Shown piece after piece: positions 1 through 9,524 of a stretch of DNA of 32,000 nucleotides (within the stretch, counting starts at the first letter, position 1; each line of letters opens with the position of its first letter). The stretch is from assembly GCA_028700115.1 (NCBI GenBank), contig JAQVTI010000001.1:161139-193138 (forward strand), written 5' to 3'. The translations under genes were made by a program, and so were the position numbers. The notes below the pieces were generated by a model, which was not told the DNA's origin, did not search any database, and saw only the letters and a list, made by a program, of their open reading frames with translations. Source of the DNA: Candidatus Iainarchaeum sp. (lineage in GTDB: Archaea > Iainarchaeota > Iainarchaeia > Iainarchaeales > CSSED10-239).

Positions 1-20
1 CTAAAATATCTTTTGAAAAT

Positions 21-1679
21 ATGGATAAATTAGAACTAATAGACGAATACCAAGTATTAAACACAAATGTACAAATATTTAAACATCCAGAAAAAATAGA
101 ATATATGTATATGATTAACCCCCCAGAGTACACACTTTCTCCAGACCATTATTTTGTACTTACAAAAACAAAAGAAACTGTTGCAAACTATGCTCCTGGA
201 ACAGTTACTCTTACAACAGGGGATTCAACTAGAAAATACTTTCAAAGAATATATCAAAGCACAATAACAGATATTGCACGAAAATTTGCAATAAACATAA
301 ATGCAGAAGACATTTTTGCACTTTCTGAAATAGTTACAAGATATACAATTGGATATGGAATTTTAGAATTACTACTTTCAGACAGACAAGTAACAGATGT
401 TTATCTAGACTCACCACTTGGTTCAAAACCAATCTATTTAGTTCACTCTAAATATGGACAATGCCAAACAAACATACAATACCCAGAAAGCGATGCTGAA
501 AGCTTTATTGGAAAAATTAGAGCAATGTCTGGAAGACCATTTGATGATGCACATCCAATTTTAGACTTTGATTTACCAGATCTTAACACAAGAATTGCAA
601 TTATTGGAAGACCTCTTGCAACTGATGGGATTGCATTTGCATTCAGACTTCATAAAGACACTCCTTGGACTCTACCACAGTTAATAAATGTAAAATCACT
701 TAACTCACTTGCAGCAGGTATGCTTTCATTTTTTATAGATAATAATTCAACTATGCTAATTGCAGGATCACGTGGTGCAGGAAAAACTTCTTTAATGACT
801 TCTTTAATGCTTGAGATTCTACAAAACAGTAGAATCATAGTTCAAGAAGACACATTAGAACTTCCTGTAATGTACATGAAAGATATTGGGTTTAATGCCC
901 AAAGACTAAAAACAAGATCTGCAATTGGTGGAACAGGAGATCTAGCAACATCTGAAGTTAAACCAGAAGATGCTCTAAGAACAGCTTTAAGACTTGGTGA
1001 CTCTGCTTTAATTGTTGGGGAAGTTAGAAGTGTTGAGGCTAAAGTTTTATATGAAGCCATGAGAATTGGTGCAGCTGGAAATGTTGTTATGGGAACAATA
1101 CATGCTGATTCAGCTTATGCAGTTTGGGATAGAGTTGTAAATGATCTAGAAGTTCCAACAACTTCTTTTAAGGCAACTGATATTGTAGTTGTTGCAAAGC
1201 CTATAAGATTTAAAGGATCTTTAAAAAACCATAGAAGAGTAGTTCAAATCACAGAAGTTAGAAAGCATTGGAATAATGATCCAGATGCAGAAGGCGGACT
1301 TTTAAACTTAATGGAATATGATGCTTCAAAAGATACACTTGTTTTAAATGAAGATGCTCTAAAAGACTCTGAGATGTTTACAAAGATAAGTAAACTTTCT
1401 GGTATGAAGATAGAAGAGATTTGGGAGAACATTAACTTAAGGTCAAAAGAGAAACAGTTCCAAGTAGATTTTGCAAAAGAAAAAGATGTGATTGAAATTT
1501 TAGAGGCAGAACACACTGTTTTTGCACACAACAAGCTTCTTATCATGAAAGAAGAATATTTGGAGTATTATAATGATAAGCTAGATTATAATGATTTATA
1601 CGAAAAATGGAAAAAATGGTATACAGAAAGCTTTGCTCCAAGAGTAATTAAAAGAATAAAAGATAATAGAATTGAATAA
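21..1679 (+). CDS. Type II/IV secretion-system family ATPase (archaeal type IV pilus / archaellum assembly ATPase, FlaI(ArlI)/PilB/VirB11-like)
   Basis: 552-aa ORF. Walker A is GSRGAGKTS. It is followed by RIIVQEDTLEL, then LIVGEVRSVEA and GTIHA, the usual box order of GspE/FlaI-family hexameric ATPases. The N-terminal domain is of typical length. Confidence 0.85.
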   Translation: MDKLELIDEYQVLNTNVQIFKHPEKIEYMYMINPPEYTLSPDHYFVLTKTKETVANYAPGTVTLTTGDSTRKYFQRIYQSTITDIARKFAININAEDIFALSEIVTRYTIGYGILELLLSDRQVTDVYLDSPLGSKPIYLVHSKYGQCQTNIQYPESDAESFIGKIRAMSGRPFDDAHPILDFDLPDLNTRIAIIGRPLATDGIAFAFRLHKDTPWTLPQLINVKSLNSLAAGMLSFFIDNNSTMLIAGSRGAGKTSLMTSLMLEILQNSRIIVQEDTLELPVMYMKDIGFNAQRLKTRSAIGGTGDLATSEVKPEDALRTALRLGDSALIVGEVRSVEAKVLYEAMRIGAAGNVVMGTIHADSAYAVWDRVVNDLEVPTTSFKATDIVVVAKPIRFKGSLKNHRRVVQITEVRKHWNNDPDAEGGLLNLMEYDASKDTLVLNEDALKDSEMFTKISKLSGMKIEEIWENINLRSKEKQFQVDFAKEKDVIEILEAEHTVFAHNKLLIMKEEYLEYYNDKLDYNDLYEKWKKWYTESFAPRVIKRIKDNRIE

Positions 1680-1680
1680 A

Positions 1681-1881
1681 TTATTCTATTATCTTCCATT
1701 GTCCTTTTTTTGTAGAACCAATTCTCTTTAATTTACCTTTTTCTTTTAATTTAGATATATTCCACTCAACACCCCTAACAGATAATCCAACTTTTAAAGA
1801 TAATTCTTTTACAGTAATATTAGGATTTTTCTTAATTAATAAAATTATTTTATCCACAGTTTCTTCCACAGTCTCTTCCAC
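1681..1881 (-). CDS. Small winged-helix DNA-binding protein (putative transcriptional regulator)
   Basis: 66-aa ORF. ITVKELSLKVGLSVRGVEWNISKLKEKGKLKRIGSTKKGQW fits helix-turn-helix plus a basic wing. The start is a GTG inside a 12-bp tandem repeat, so the exact N-terminus is uncertain. Confidence 0.55.
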   Translation of the reverse strand: MEETVEETVDKIILLIKKNPNITVKELSLKVGLSVRGVEWNISKLKEKGKLKRIGSTKKGQWKIIE

Positions 1882-1890
1882 AGTCTCTTC
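1855..1890. repeat. 3 x 12-bp tandem repeat (cacagtYtcttc) encoding EETV repeats at the 5' end of the wHTH gene
   Basis: Read directly: cacagtttcttc, cacagtctcttc, cacagtctcttc. The third unit runs past the GTG start used by the ORF track. Confidence 0.8.
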
Positions 1891-1927
1891 AAAAATTATT
1901 TAAAAACAAATAAAATATATATAATTT

Positions 1928-1947
1928 TCTAAAAGTCAACTAATTAA
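1928..1947. promoter_or_regulatory. Copy of the 20-nt motif tctaaaagtcaactaattaa in the divergent intergenic region between the wHTH gene and ORF 2037
   Basis: An identical 20-mer occurs at 4089..4108 and a close variant at 4056..4075. All copies are intergenic and upstream of minus-strand genes. Confidence 0.45.
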
Positions 1948-2036
1948 TTAGCAAACTAATTAAATAATATAGAATAATTTATAAATATAATAAACAATAT
2001 TAATATATTATTTAAAAAAACAAAACAAGAGAAAAC

Positions 2037-2663
2037 ATGAAATTATTTAATAGAGTTAGAAAACCTAAAAGAGAGACACCTCATAAGATAATAGAAAAAA
2101 CATATAAAATAAATGAACTTGAAGCAGCTTTTACAAAAGAGAAAGGCAAAAACTCAAAATTAAAAGAAATAAATGCAGTTAGAAGAAAAGATTCAGGTAA
2201 ATTTGTTTTAGGAGATATTAAAGATAAATTTTACCACACACATATTCTAGATAGTCTAAAAGAAAGAAATAAATTAATACCTAGTCCAGAAGACATAGTT
2301 ACATCTAGTTTACTTAAAAGATATAAGAATGTAAAAAACAATGGTGTTTTTCTAATACACAAAGGTAAAGAAATTGGAAAAATACATTTTAGATTAAGTG
2401 ATAAATTTATTAAAGATATTAGAGAAGGAACAGAGAGAGCAAGTAAGACTAATAAAGATATTAATAAGGTTGATTTTTTTAATGCATTTCTAAAACTAAG
2501 AATAAGTAATATTTATTCTTTTAATATTTTAAAAGATAAAATGACTTTAGAAAAACAAGTTAAGATAATTAATGAACTTAAAAAAGAAGGTATACAAATA
2601 AAATATAAAGCAATGCCTGGATATAAGTTTAATGAAAAAACTATGCTTTTTGAAAAAGCATAA
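2037..2663 (+). CDS. Hypothetical basic protein (208 aa)
   Basis: Long ORF in an otherwise stop-rich AT background. I recognise no family motif. Its last 8 codons plus stop lie inside the 53-bp direct repeat. Confidence 0.5.
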   Translation: MKLFNRVRKPKRETPHKIIEKTYKINELEAAFTKEKGKNSKLKEINAVRRKDSGKFVLGDIKDKFYHTHILDSLKERNKLIPSPEDIVTSSLLKRYKNVKNNGVFLIHKGKEIGKIHFRLSDKFIKDIREGTERASKTNKDINKVDFFNAFLKLRISNIYSFNILKDKMTLEKQVKIINELKKEGIQIKYKAMPGYKFNEKTMLFEKA

Positions 2664-2687
2664 AACTAATTTTATTTTTATAAAAAA
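2635..2687. repeat. Left copy of a 53-bp direct repeat containing a perfect 19-nt palindrome, atgctttttgaaaaagcat
   Basis: The same 53 nt (aaaaaactatgctttttgaaaaagcataaaactaattttatttttataaaaaa) occurs at 4144..4196, an offset of 1509 bp. The palindrome and downstream T-runs look like a terminator for ORF 2037..2663. Confidence 0.85.
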
Positions 2688-4021
2688 CTTTTTGGTTTTT
2701 CTAACATAGCTAAAAACATACATACAGGTATAACTAAATTATTATTTAGATTAATATCTGCAGGTGCAACTAAATTTTTTGAAAGCATAATATATTCATC
2801 AACATCTTCTATAAAATTAGGTTTTTTAAATTTATTTCTATATTTAACTTCAATTGCTTTATTTTTAAAAACAAAATCAATTTCTTTTTGATCTACATTA
2901 TAATATTTTAATTCTAAATTATAAATATTTTGTAAATGACTACCAACTGTATTTTCTACAAGCTTACCTAAAAAAGTATCATTAAATAAAAGAGATCTAC
3001 TTTCTTCAAAAGAATCTAAATTATTTGAATAGTTTAATAAAGAATGAATAATAAAAGGATCTTTAATATAAAATTTCTTTAAAAGATCTCTTGCAGATTC
3101 TTTTATTTCAAAAATAATTAATAATTCTTTTAATTCATTTAAATATTTTTTAATAGTATCTATAGAATAACCTGTTTTTTCACTAATAGTTGTATATTTT
3201 AAAGAACCAGTTAAAGATTCAATTAAAACTTTTAATATTTCAATAGATTTTGTTTTATCCATTTTTTCAAATATTTTTTGAATAATATCTTCATAATATT
3301 TTTCAGAAATTGAATTATTTTTAAAATAAGAGTTTATAGTTTCTGGAAAACCACCTGTTAATAAATAAATATTAAAATATTTATTAATTTCATCAAAATA
3401 AGATTCTATATTTAAAAATTTACTAAGTATATCTTCATTAGATAAATTTAAATTAATTTCAGACTTAACTAAAAGGTTATATAAACTTAAATTATCAGTT
3501 TTAGTTATATTTAAAAGAAATTGCCTAAAAGTTAAAGAAGACATAACTTTTATTTCTTCAGATCTTCCAATTAATGCTTGTTTACATTCTTCAATTTTTC
3601 TAGGATCAGAACCAGTAACTACTAAACAAATATCTTTTAATAAATTAGAATCTTTTAAAGCTTTTAAAAAGGCACAACTATTTTGTAAAGATTGAATCTC
3701 ATCAAATAAAATAATTTTAATAGGATATAAATTAATTATTTTTTCCATTTGCCTAAATAGTTCTTTTTCTTTTAAATTTAATAAAATATCAAAATTAAAA
3801 TAAATTACTTCCTTTGAATTAGTAGAATAAGCAATTTGTTTTAAATAAATTGTTTTTCCTACTCTTCTAGGTCCTTTAATTAAATTTATAGTCCCAGGAG
3901 TAAGATTTATAGAATCTCTAGTTATAATATATTTATTTTTAGATAAATTATCTATATCTGGATCTTTTTTTCCTGAAAACCAGGGATTTTGACTTAAAAC
4001 AACATTCCAATCTAAAGGCAT
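2678..4021 (-). CDS. AAA+ ATPase of the archaeal ATPase / DUF4143 type
   Basis: 447 aa. Walker A is GPRRVGKT, Walker B is ILFDEIQ. The C-terminal region ends in the EIDFV ... IEVKY pattern typical of the DUF4143 module. Confidence 0.75.
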   Translation of the reverse strand: MPLDWNVVLSQNPWFSGKKDPDIDNLSKNKYIITRDSINLTPGTINLIKGPRRVGKTIYLKQIAYSTNSKEVIYFNFDILLNLKEKELFRQMEKIINLYPIKIILFDEIQSLQNSCAFLKALKDSNLLKDICLVVTGSDPRKIEECKQALIGRSEEIKVMSSLTFRQFLLNITKTDNLSLYNLLVKSEINLNLSNEDILSKFLNIESYFDEINKYFNIYLLTGGFPETINSYFKNNSISEKYYEDIIQKIFEKMDKTKSIEILKVLIESLTGSLKYTTISEKTGYSIDTIKKYLNELKELLIIFEIKESARDLLKKFYIKDPFIIHSLLNYSNNLDSFEESRSLLFNDTFLGKLVENTVGSHLQNIYNLELKYYNVDQKEIDFVFKNKAIEVKYRNKFKKPNFIEDVDEYIMLSKNLVAPADINLNNNLVIPVCMFLAMLEKPKSFL

Positions 4022-4054
4022 ATATTAATTATACACCTATAAGTTTATAAATTT

Positions 4055-4108
4055 ATCTAAAAGTCAACTAGTTAACTAGTTGAAATTATCTAAAAGTCAA
4101 CTAATTAA
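4055..4108. promoter_or_regulatory. Putative operator region with two copies of atctaaaagtcaacta and a perfect 20-bp palindrome tcaactagttaactagttga (4064..4083)
   Basis: I checked the palindrome base by base and it is its own reverse complement. It lies 43-62 nt upstream of the ATPase start codon at 4021. The motif is shared with 1928..1947. Confidence 0.5.
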
Positions 4109-4130
4109 CTAATTAACTAATTAACTAATT
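4099..4130. repeat. 4 x 8-bp perfect tandem repeat (aactaatt)
   Basis: Read directly. It sits immediately after the second motif copy. Confidence 0.85.
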
Positions 4131-4143
4131 AATTAAATAATAA

Positions 4144-4196
4144 AAAAAACTATGCTTTTTGAAAAAGCATAAAACTAATTTTATTTTTATAAAAAA
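4144..4196. repeat. Right copy of the 53-bp direct repeat (with hairpin palindrome)
   Basis: Identical to 2635..2687. Confidence 0.85.
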
Positions 4197-4197
4197 A

Positions 4198-4773
4198 TCA
4201 TACATTAATATAGTCTTTATGAATATACTCTTTTACAAATAATAAAACATCTTTATTTGTAAATTGATTTATACTCTTTTTATGATCTTCAAAAAACAGT
4301 TCATAACAATATCTAAGATATGAAGGATTAAGAGTTTTTACTTGGTTAAAAAATTTAACTTTTAACTCTTTAGAAATATCTAATTCTTTTATTTTTTTAT
4401 CTAATTTATATTTTAAGATATTTCCTTGTCTATCAGATCTATTAACATAGATTTCTGCTTCACGTTTTTCTATTTGTGCATATTTTAAAAAATGTTCAAC
4501 AATTTTTATATATTCTTTTTGAGTTAGTTTTTTCATTAACTCTTTTGTAGTCATGTTTTTTTTATCTCTTAAAAGAATATTATGCATATGAAAAACAATA
4601 TCAGAATCTGATAAAAATTTATCTTTTTGTTTAATTAGTTCTCTTAGTTTAGGGTCTACTACTTTTTGATTTAGTTTCTTTGTAGACCTATTTCTAGTTA
4701 TTTTAAAACTTTGTCTTTTTTCCTTAAATGTATAAGGTTTATTTGTTTTTGGATTTATTTTTCTAAAAGGCAT
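4198..4773 (-). CDS. Hypothetical basic protein (191 aa)
   Basis: Long ORF on the same strand as its neighbours. No recognisable motif. Confidence 0.45.
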   Translation of the reverse strand: MPFRKINPKTNKPYTFKEKRQSFKITRNRSTKKLNQKVVDPKLRELIKQKDKFLSDSDIVFHMHNILLRDKKNMTTKELMKKLTQKEYIKIVEHFLKYAQIEKREAEIYVNRSDRQGNILKYKLDKKIKELDISKELKVKFFNQVKTLNPSYLRYCYELFFEDHKKSINQFTNKDVLLFVKEYIHKDYINV

Positions 4774-4875
4774 AAATAATTAACTCTTTTATATTATAAC
4801 AAATATATAAAAGATAAATAAATTTATAAATAGTAATTTTTATTAAAAAAATAAATTTTTTTAAAGAAAATTCAT

Positions 4876-5619
4876 TTAATTAATTTTATTTAAAATAAAC
4901 TTACAAATAAGTTTAAAATCTAATCTATATTTTTTTAAAATATAATGATTTGTTGAATTATTATACAATTTTATTTTATAATCATCATTTATTATATTAT
5001 TTAATTTATTAATAACTATAGATTTATCTTTTATTGGAAAATTATTATCTTTTAGTATAACATAGATATCATAAATATCTTTACCTTCATCTCTATTTAT
5101 AAAAGCTTTAATTTTTTGATAAAATAATTCTTCTAAACTATAAACATTAAAATAAGATATATCAAAATCAACAAATCCAGGATAAATTATTTTTTTATTA
5201 ATATCAGGCATATCTTTATTATTTAATCTAAATTCAAGCATAATTTTATCTTTTTGATTAATCTCATTAATATACTGAATATCAAATCTAATTGTTTTAT
5301 TCATGATTCTTGGTTTATTTACAATATAAGATTTCAAATATTTTTTTAAAATTAAATAAATATCTTCTTTTAAAATATTTATTTCTTTTTTAGAAAAAAT
5401 ATCAAAATCAATATCTTCAGAAAATCTTTTAAATTTATTAAAATAAACTCTATTTAAAGAAGTTCCTCCTTTTAATATTATATTATCAAATTTATTCTCT
5501 AATAATTTAAATATTTTTGAAATTTCTTTATCTTTTATAATATAATTTGTAGATAATCCAGTATCTAAACAAATTTTTCTAATAAGTTTTATATCCATTA
5601 ATTTAATACCACCAATCAA
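4876..5619 (-). CDS. abiEii: AbiEii/AbiGii-family nucleotidyltransferase toxin (type IV TA)
   Basis: LKGGTSLNRVY ... FSEDIDFD is the family's N-terminal nucleotidyltransferase signature (GG[TS] ... SxDxDF). It overlaps the upstream AbiEi-like gene by 17 nt. Confidence 0.8.
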   Translation of the reverse strand: MIGGIKLMDIKLIRKICLDTGLSTNYIIKDKEISKIFKLLENKFDNIILKGGTSLNRVYFNKFKRFSEDIDFDIFSKKEINILKEDIYLILKKYLKSYIVNKPRIMNKTIRFDIQYINEINQKDKIMLEFRLNNKDMPDINKKIIYPGFVDFDISYFNVYSLEELFYQKIKAFINRDEGKDIYDIYVILKDNNFPIKDKSIVINKLNNIINDDYKIKLYNNSTNHYILKKYRLDFKLICKFILNKIN

Positions 5620-6391
5620 TTATATTTTTTTCACCTAAATTATCTTTTAGTTTCCATTTATCTATATATTTTGATTTTTTATTATTTATATTTAATAAAT
5701 AAGTATTAGATTTGTCTTGAGATAATAAATATTTTAAAAAATAATTAGGTATTTTTAAATTTGTATTTTTAAGTAAAATATCTAAAATATAGCCAGTAAT
5801 TTGATTTTGTCTTTTACTAGAGTATTTTTTATAAATTAATAATAATTTATTCCAATTTATTTTATTTGAACCTAAATATATAGCTTTAGATAAAATAGAA
5901 TAACTACCTATATATTTAAATTTATTAAAACAATCAAATATAGTTTTTTCTAAAGAAGAAATATAAATATTATCTATTCTTATAAAATCATTATAAAAAT
6001 TAGTATTTATATATTTTAGATTATATTCATATAATTTAATATTTTTAGATTTTTTATTAGTAGAAATATATATGTTGAAAGGATGGTAATCTATTAAACC
6101 ATAATAAAATAAAGCAGATGAAAAAGAAATATATCCAGGATATAAATTAGTTGCTATTTCAAAAAGATCATTTATTGAAAAAATATCTTTTTTAATATAA
6201 TTATTTTTTTTAAGATTTAATAAATACCCTTTATCTTTTAATTGTTTTAATAAAAAATTAATCTTATAATTAGAATAATCTTTAAAAGCAGATTTTAAAT
6301 CATTGTTTTTTAATATATTATTCTTTTTTTTAGAATCTATATAGTTATACAAATAATTTTCATTATTTGTTAATTGGTTATTTTTTTGCAT
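5603..6391 (-). CDS. abiEi: AbiEi-like antitoxin / transcriptional regulator
   Basis: 262 aa, immediately upstream of and overlapping the AbiEii gene. The N-terminal segment looks like a wHTH (FLLKQLKDKGYLLNLKKNNY). The call rests mainly on context and size. Confidence 0.6.
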   Translation of the reverse strand: MQKNNQLTNNENYLYNYIDSKKKNNILKNNDLKSAFKDYSNYKINFLLKQLKDKGYLLNLKKNNYIKKDIFSINDLFEIATNLYPGYISFSSALFYYGLIDYHPFNIYISTNKKSKNIKLYEYNLKYINTNFYNDFIRIDNIYISSLEKTIFDCFNKFKYIGSYSILSKAIYLGSNKINWNKLLLIYKKYSSKRQNQITGYILDILLKNTNLKIPNYFLKYLLSQDKSNTYLLNINNKKSKYIDKWKLKDNLGEKNIIDWWY

Positions 6392-6596
6392 ATAACATAA
6401 TTATATTACATAACCTTTAAAAAATTAACCAAAAAATATTTATTTAAAATATATTAAAAATAAATAAAATTTTAAGAAAAAGAATAAGTTTTAGATTTTT
6501 AAAATTTTTTTAAAAATAAAAAAAAGAAAAGAAAGAAAAGGAAATAAATCCTTTATCTTTAACGGTTTAGATTTAATCTATTTTATTTTCAAACAT

Positions 6597-9152
6597 TTAC
6601 ATGTTTTCAATAACGTTGATTAATTCTTTAGCAGCCATTGCAGTGTCTTCAGCTGTCATTCCAGCAACAACAATATTACCTTCAGCGTTTTGTCCTAATA
6701 CATAGTCTCCAGAAGCTGTTAACATAGTATCTAATCCTATATTTTGAGCTAATGTGTTAACTAAGTGACCACCAACAATGATTTTGTTTCCTGCTGGGTT
6801 TTCGTTATCAAGGTATACTAATTTGTTTGTTGCAACATTCCATGTCATTGGAACAATAGCATCAGTTGCAGCTCCACCAGATAAAGCAACAGCATCTAAT
6901 GATACAGATACTCCGTCTTCTGTTTGTTGTTCTCCTTCAGCTGTTAAAGTGAATGTTGAACCGTTAATTGATGTTGAAGTACTAGCTCCTCCACCAACGA
7001 AGATTTGTCCATATAATTTAGTATCAGGAACAATTGCAGTAAACATACCTCCGTCTACTTCAGCATATGTACCAAATTCTGTATATCCCCAAGTTAAATC
7101 ATCAGAATCTTCTTGATTTAGTGTGTAAGTTACAGCATCACCAGTTGTGAAAGCTGAATTTCCATTTACAACAAGAACTTGATCAACAACAGCTAAATAA
7201 GATGAATCATCTGTATCTACTAAATTTCCAGTTCCAGCATCAATATGAGCTACTACTGAATCTTGACCATCATCAACAACAAATTCAAACATAGATTTCA
7301 TATCAGTACCGTCTGTTAAAACACCTGTAGCAGTTTTACCAACATATGTACCATCACTAGTTGCAGCAACATCTATTTGTGTATATATATTTTTAATAGT
7401 CCAATCTTGAGTAGGACTATCAATAGTACCTTCAATAGATCCTGCAGCACCTTCTTTAAGACCTAATGCAAATTGAGTAATATCATTTGTTCCAGTTGCA
7501 CCATCTTCGTTAATATATAAACCATAAGCTAATTTTTCAGATTCATTATTATATAATGGGATTGTTAAATCTGTAAATGCAGCATCTGTGTAAACAAATT
7601 TAGAATTATCTGTATTTGTTGTTTCCCAAGTCCAAACATTAGAAGTTTTTGTTAAGTAATCTCCATCATCATCTTCTAATTGAACTGTGAAATAACCAAT
7701 ATCTAAAGCATCATTTGCAGCATTAGGAATTCCACCAACATTGGAATCTTCATTACCATATATAAAACTATCATAAGAACCTACATCTGTAGTAGTATTA
7801 AAATCCTCATCAGCTGTATGGAATTCAATGTATAATTTCTTATCATCTAATGTTTGCATAGTTGTATAGTTTTCACCATCTCCGTAAGTTCCATCTTCTT
7901 CTTCATAAAAGAATACTTTGTGATCGTCGTCAGTAGCATCTATATAAGAAATATATCCATCTTCAACAATTACTTCTTTTGATGATTCATTAGTTAAACC
8001 TAAAAAGTCAATAGAACCTAAATCAAATGGTAAAACAATAGAGTCATCTACTTTTAAAGCATCTTCATCTTCCCATTGAACATCTTGATCTTCATTAGTA
8101 AATACTATTTTTGTAATAGGATCAGAACCTGTAAAACTAACTTTCCATAATTTATCATCTATATTTGGGAAATCTTCAATAATTTGTCCACTTTCAAGCT
8201 CTATACTTGTACTTGTACCTGAAACAACAGTTACTTTTTTATCATAAACTGTATCTATTTCTACATTTGATTCTAAATATTCGTTGAATACTGTTTCATA
8301 ATCTGTAAAAACTTCAGAAGCTAAAATTGCACCATTTTGAGAAATACTTAATTCAACAGAATAATTATTACTAGATTCTAAAATATCTTCAACAGTGATT
8401 GTATATCCGTCAACTTCAAAAGAAGCACCTTCTTCATAAGGAGCTGTATTTTTATTTTGAACTAAAGTTACAATTCCATTAGAATAGTCTTCAAGAGTAT
8501 ATTCATTACCCATTAAATTAAATTTGAAATCAGGACTACCTTCATCATTAGCACCATTATTAATTCCAGGATTAAATTCAAGAGTATATGAAATATCCCC
8601 TCTATCAAATGATGCTGTTAAATCAGCTACATCTTTATCTGAATCAAAAGCAACTGTAGGAGTAATAGTAATACTTTCTTGTACATTTATTTCATCAGTA
8701 TCAAAAATACTATCATCAACATCTACGTCATAATCTCCTAAAACAGAATAATCTCTGTCATCAAGAGTTTCTGTAACACTAGTAGATCCTAATTCCCAAT
8801 CATCTGTTAACAAACCGTCTCCAGAAATTGTAGATGTTGATTCAGCACCAGCTGTAACAGTTACACTTTCTAATGCAGCTCCAGCGATTGCGTCACCTGA
8901 TGTGTAAGCTTTCTTTCCAATAGCAGCAGCTATGTTTCCAGCCCATACAACATCAACTGGTTGAGCCATAGATCCAACGATTACATTGTAAGCTGGTCCT
9001 GTAGCACCAAATAATTGATCTTTTGTTAAGTTGTCTATTCCAGTGTATGTGTCATCTGCCATGTTAGCAGCAGCAACAGCACCTGCAAATAAAGCAGAAA
9101 CTGCAAAAACACCTGCACCAGCAACTATTTTCTTCATATTTATATTCTTCAT
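6597..9152 (-). CDS. S-layer / major cell-surface protein with Sec signal peptide
   Basis: 851 aa. The signal peptide is MKKIVAGAGVFAVSALFAGAVAAA. The body is acidic and rich in Thr, Asp and Gly. The N-terminal VDVVWAGNIAAAIG and C-terminal IIVGGHLVNTLAQ ... NIVVAGMTAEDTAMAAKELI segments resemble archaeal S-layer protein termini. G+C is clearly higher than in the neighbours. An SD-like AAGGTGA lies 6 nt before the ATG. Confidence 0.7.
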   Translation of the reverse strand: MKNINMKKIVAGAGVFAVSALFAGAVAAANMADDTYTGIDNLTKDQLFGATGPAYNVIVGSMAQPVDVVWAGNIAAAIGKKAYTSGDAIAGAALESVTVTAGAESTSTISGDGLLTDDWELGSTSVTETLDDRDYSVLGDYDVDVDDSIFDTDEINVQESITITPTVAFDSDKDVADLTASFDRGDISYTLEFNPGINNGANDEGSPDFKFNLMGNEYTLEDYSNGIVTLVQNKNTAPYEEGASFEVDGYTITVEDILESSNNYSVELSISQNGAILASEVFTDYETVFNEYLESNVEIDTVYDKKVTVVSGTSTSIELESGQIIEDFPNIDDKLWKVSFTGSDPITKIVFTNEDQDVQWEDEDALKVDDSIVLPFDLGSIDFLGLTNESSKEVIVEDGYISYIDATDDDHKVFFYEEEDGTYGDGENYTTMQTLDDKKLYIEFHTADEDFNTTTDVGSYDSFIYGNEDSNVGGIPNAANDALDIGYFTVQLEDDDGDYLTKTSNVWTWETTNTDNSKFVYTDAAFTDLTIPLYNNESEKLAYGLYINEDGATGTNDITQFALGLKEGAAGSIEGTIDSPTQDWTIKNIYTQIDVAATSDGTYVGKTATGVLTDGTDMKSMFEFVVDDGQDSVVAHIDAGTGNLVDTDDSSYLAVVDQVLVVNGNSAFTTGDAVTYTLNQEDSDDLTWGYTEFGTYAEVDGGMFTAIVPDTKLYGQIFVGGGASTSTSINGSTFTLTAEGEQQTEDGVSVSLDAVALSGGAATDAIVPMTWNVATNKLVYLDNENPAGNKIIVGGHLVNTLAQNIGLDTMLTASGDYVLGQNAEGNIVVAGMTAEDTAMAAKELINVIENM

Positions 9153-9524
9153 ATATTCACCTTTTTTTTTATATAAAGACTGAACCTGTGTAAATTAATT
9201 TTAAGTTAACAAAAAAACAAAGTTAGCTTATAAAACAGATTCGCCAAAGTAACGTTCATAGTTTACACTCATGTTACTGTAAGATATTAAAGAAAGAATA
9301 TATTTAAAAAGGTAAGTTTTTTGGAAAGAAAACAAAAGGTTTATAAAGAAATATGCCTCATAAAAATTGTTTTCCAAACCATAAAAAAACCTTATTTTAG
9401 ACATATAATAATAAATTATATTTGTTTATATATAATATATATTAAATATATAATATTTTAAAATATAATCTATTGAATAAAAAAAGAACAAAAAAGAACT
9501 AAAAAGAAAATATCTAAAAAAAAA

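Noticed and set aside
650-1546. Three minus-strand ORFs (650..838, 842..1060, 1244..1546) inside the pilus-type ATPase gene
   Set aside because: They are antisense shadow ORFs within a well-supported 552-aa gene. Their composition is S/L/I-rich and low in complexity, with no motifs and no RBS.
6778-8733. Plus-strand ORFs 6778..7116 and 8524..8733 inside the S-layer gene
   Set aside because: They are antisense to a strongly supported, compositionally biased gene. This is typical shadow-frame openness in a relatively GC-richer, stop-poor region.
9153-9524. A possible small RNA or tRNA in the long region upstream of the S-layer gene (short inverted repeat agtaac...gttact near 9259..9291)
   Set aside because: I could fold no cloverleaf or conserved tRNA boxes by eye. 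The stem is only 6 bp. The region is more likely the promoter and 5' leader of a highly expressed gene.
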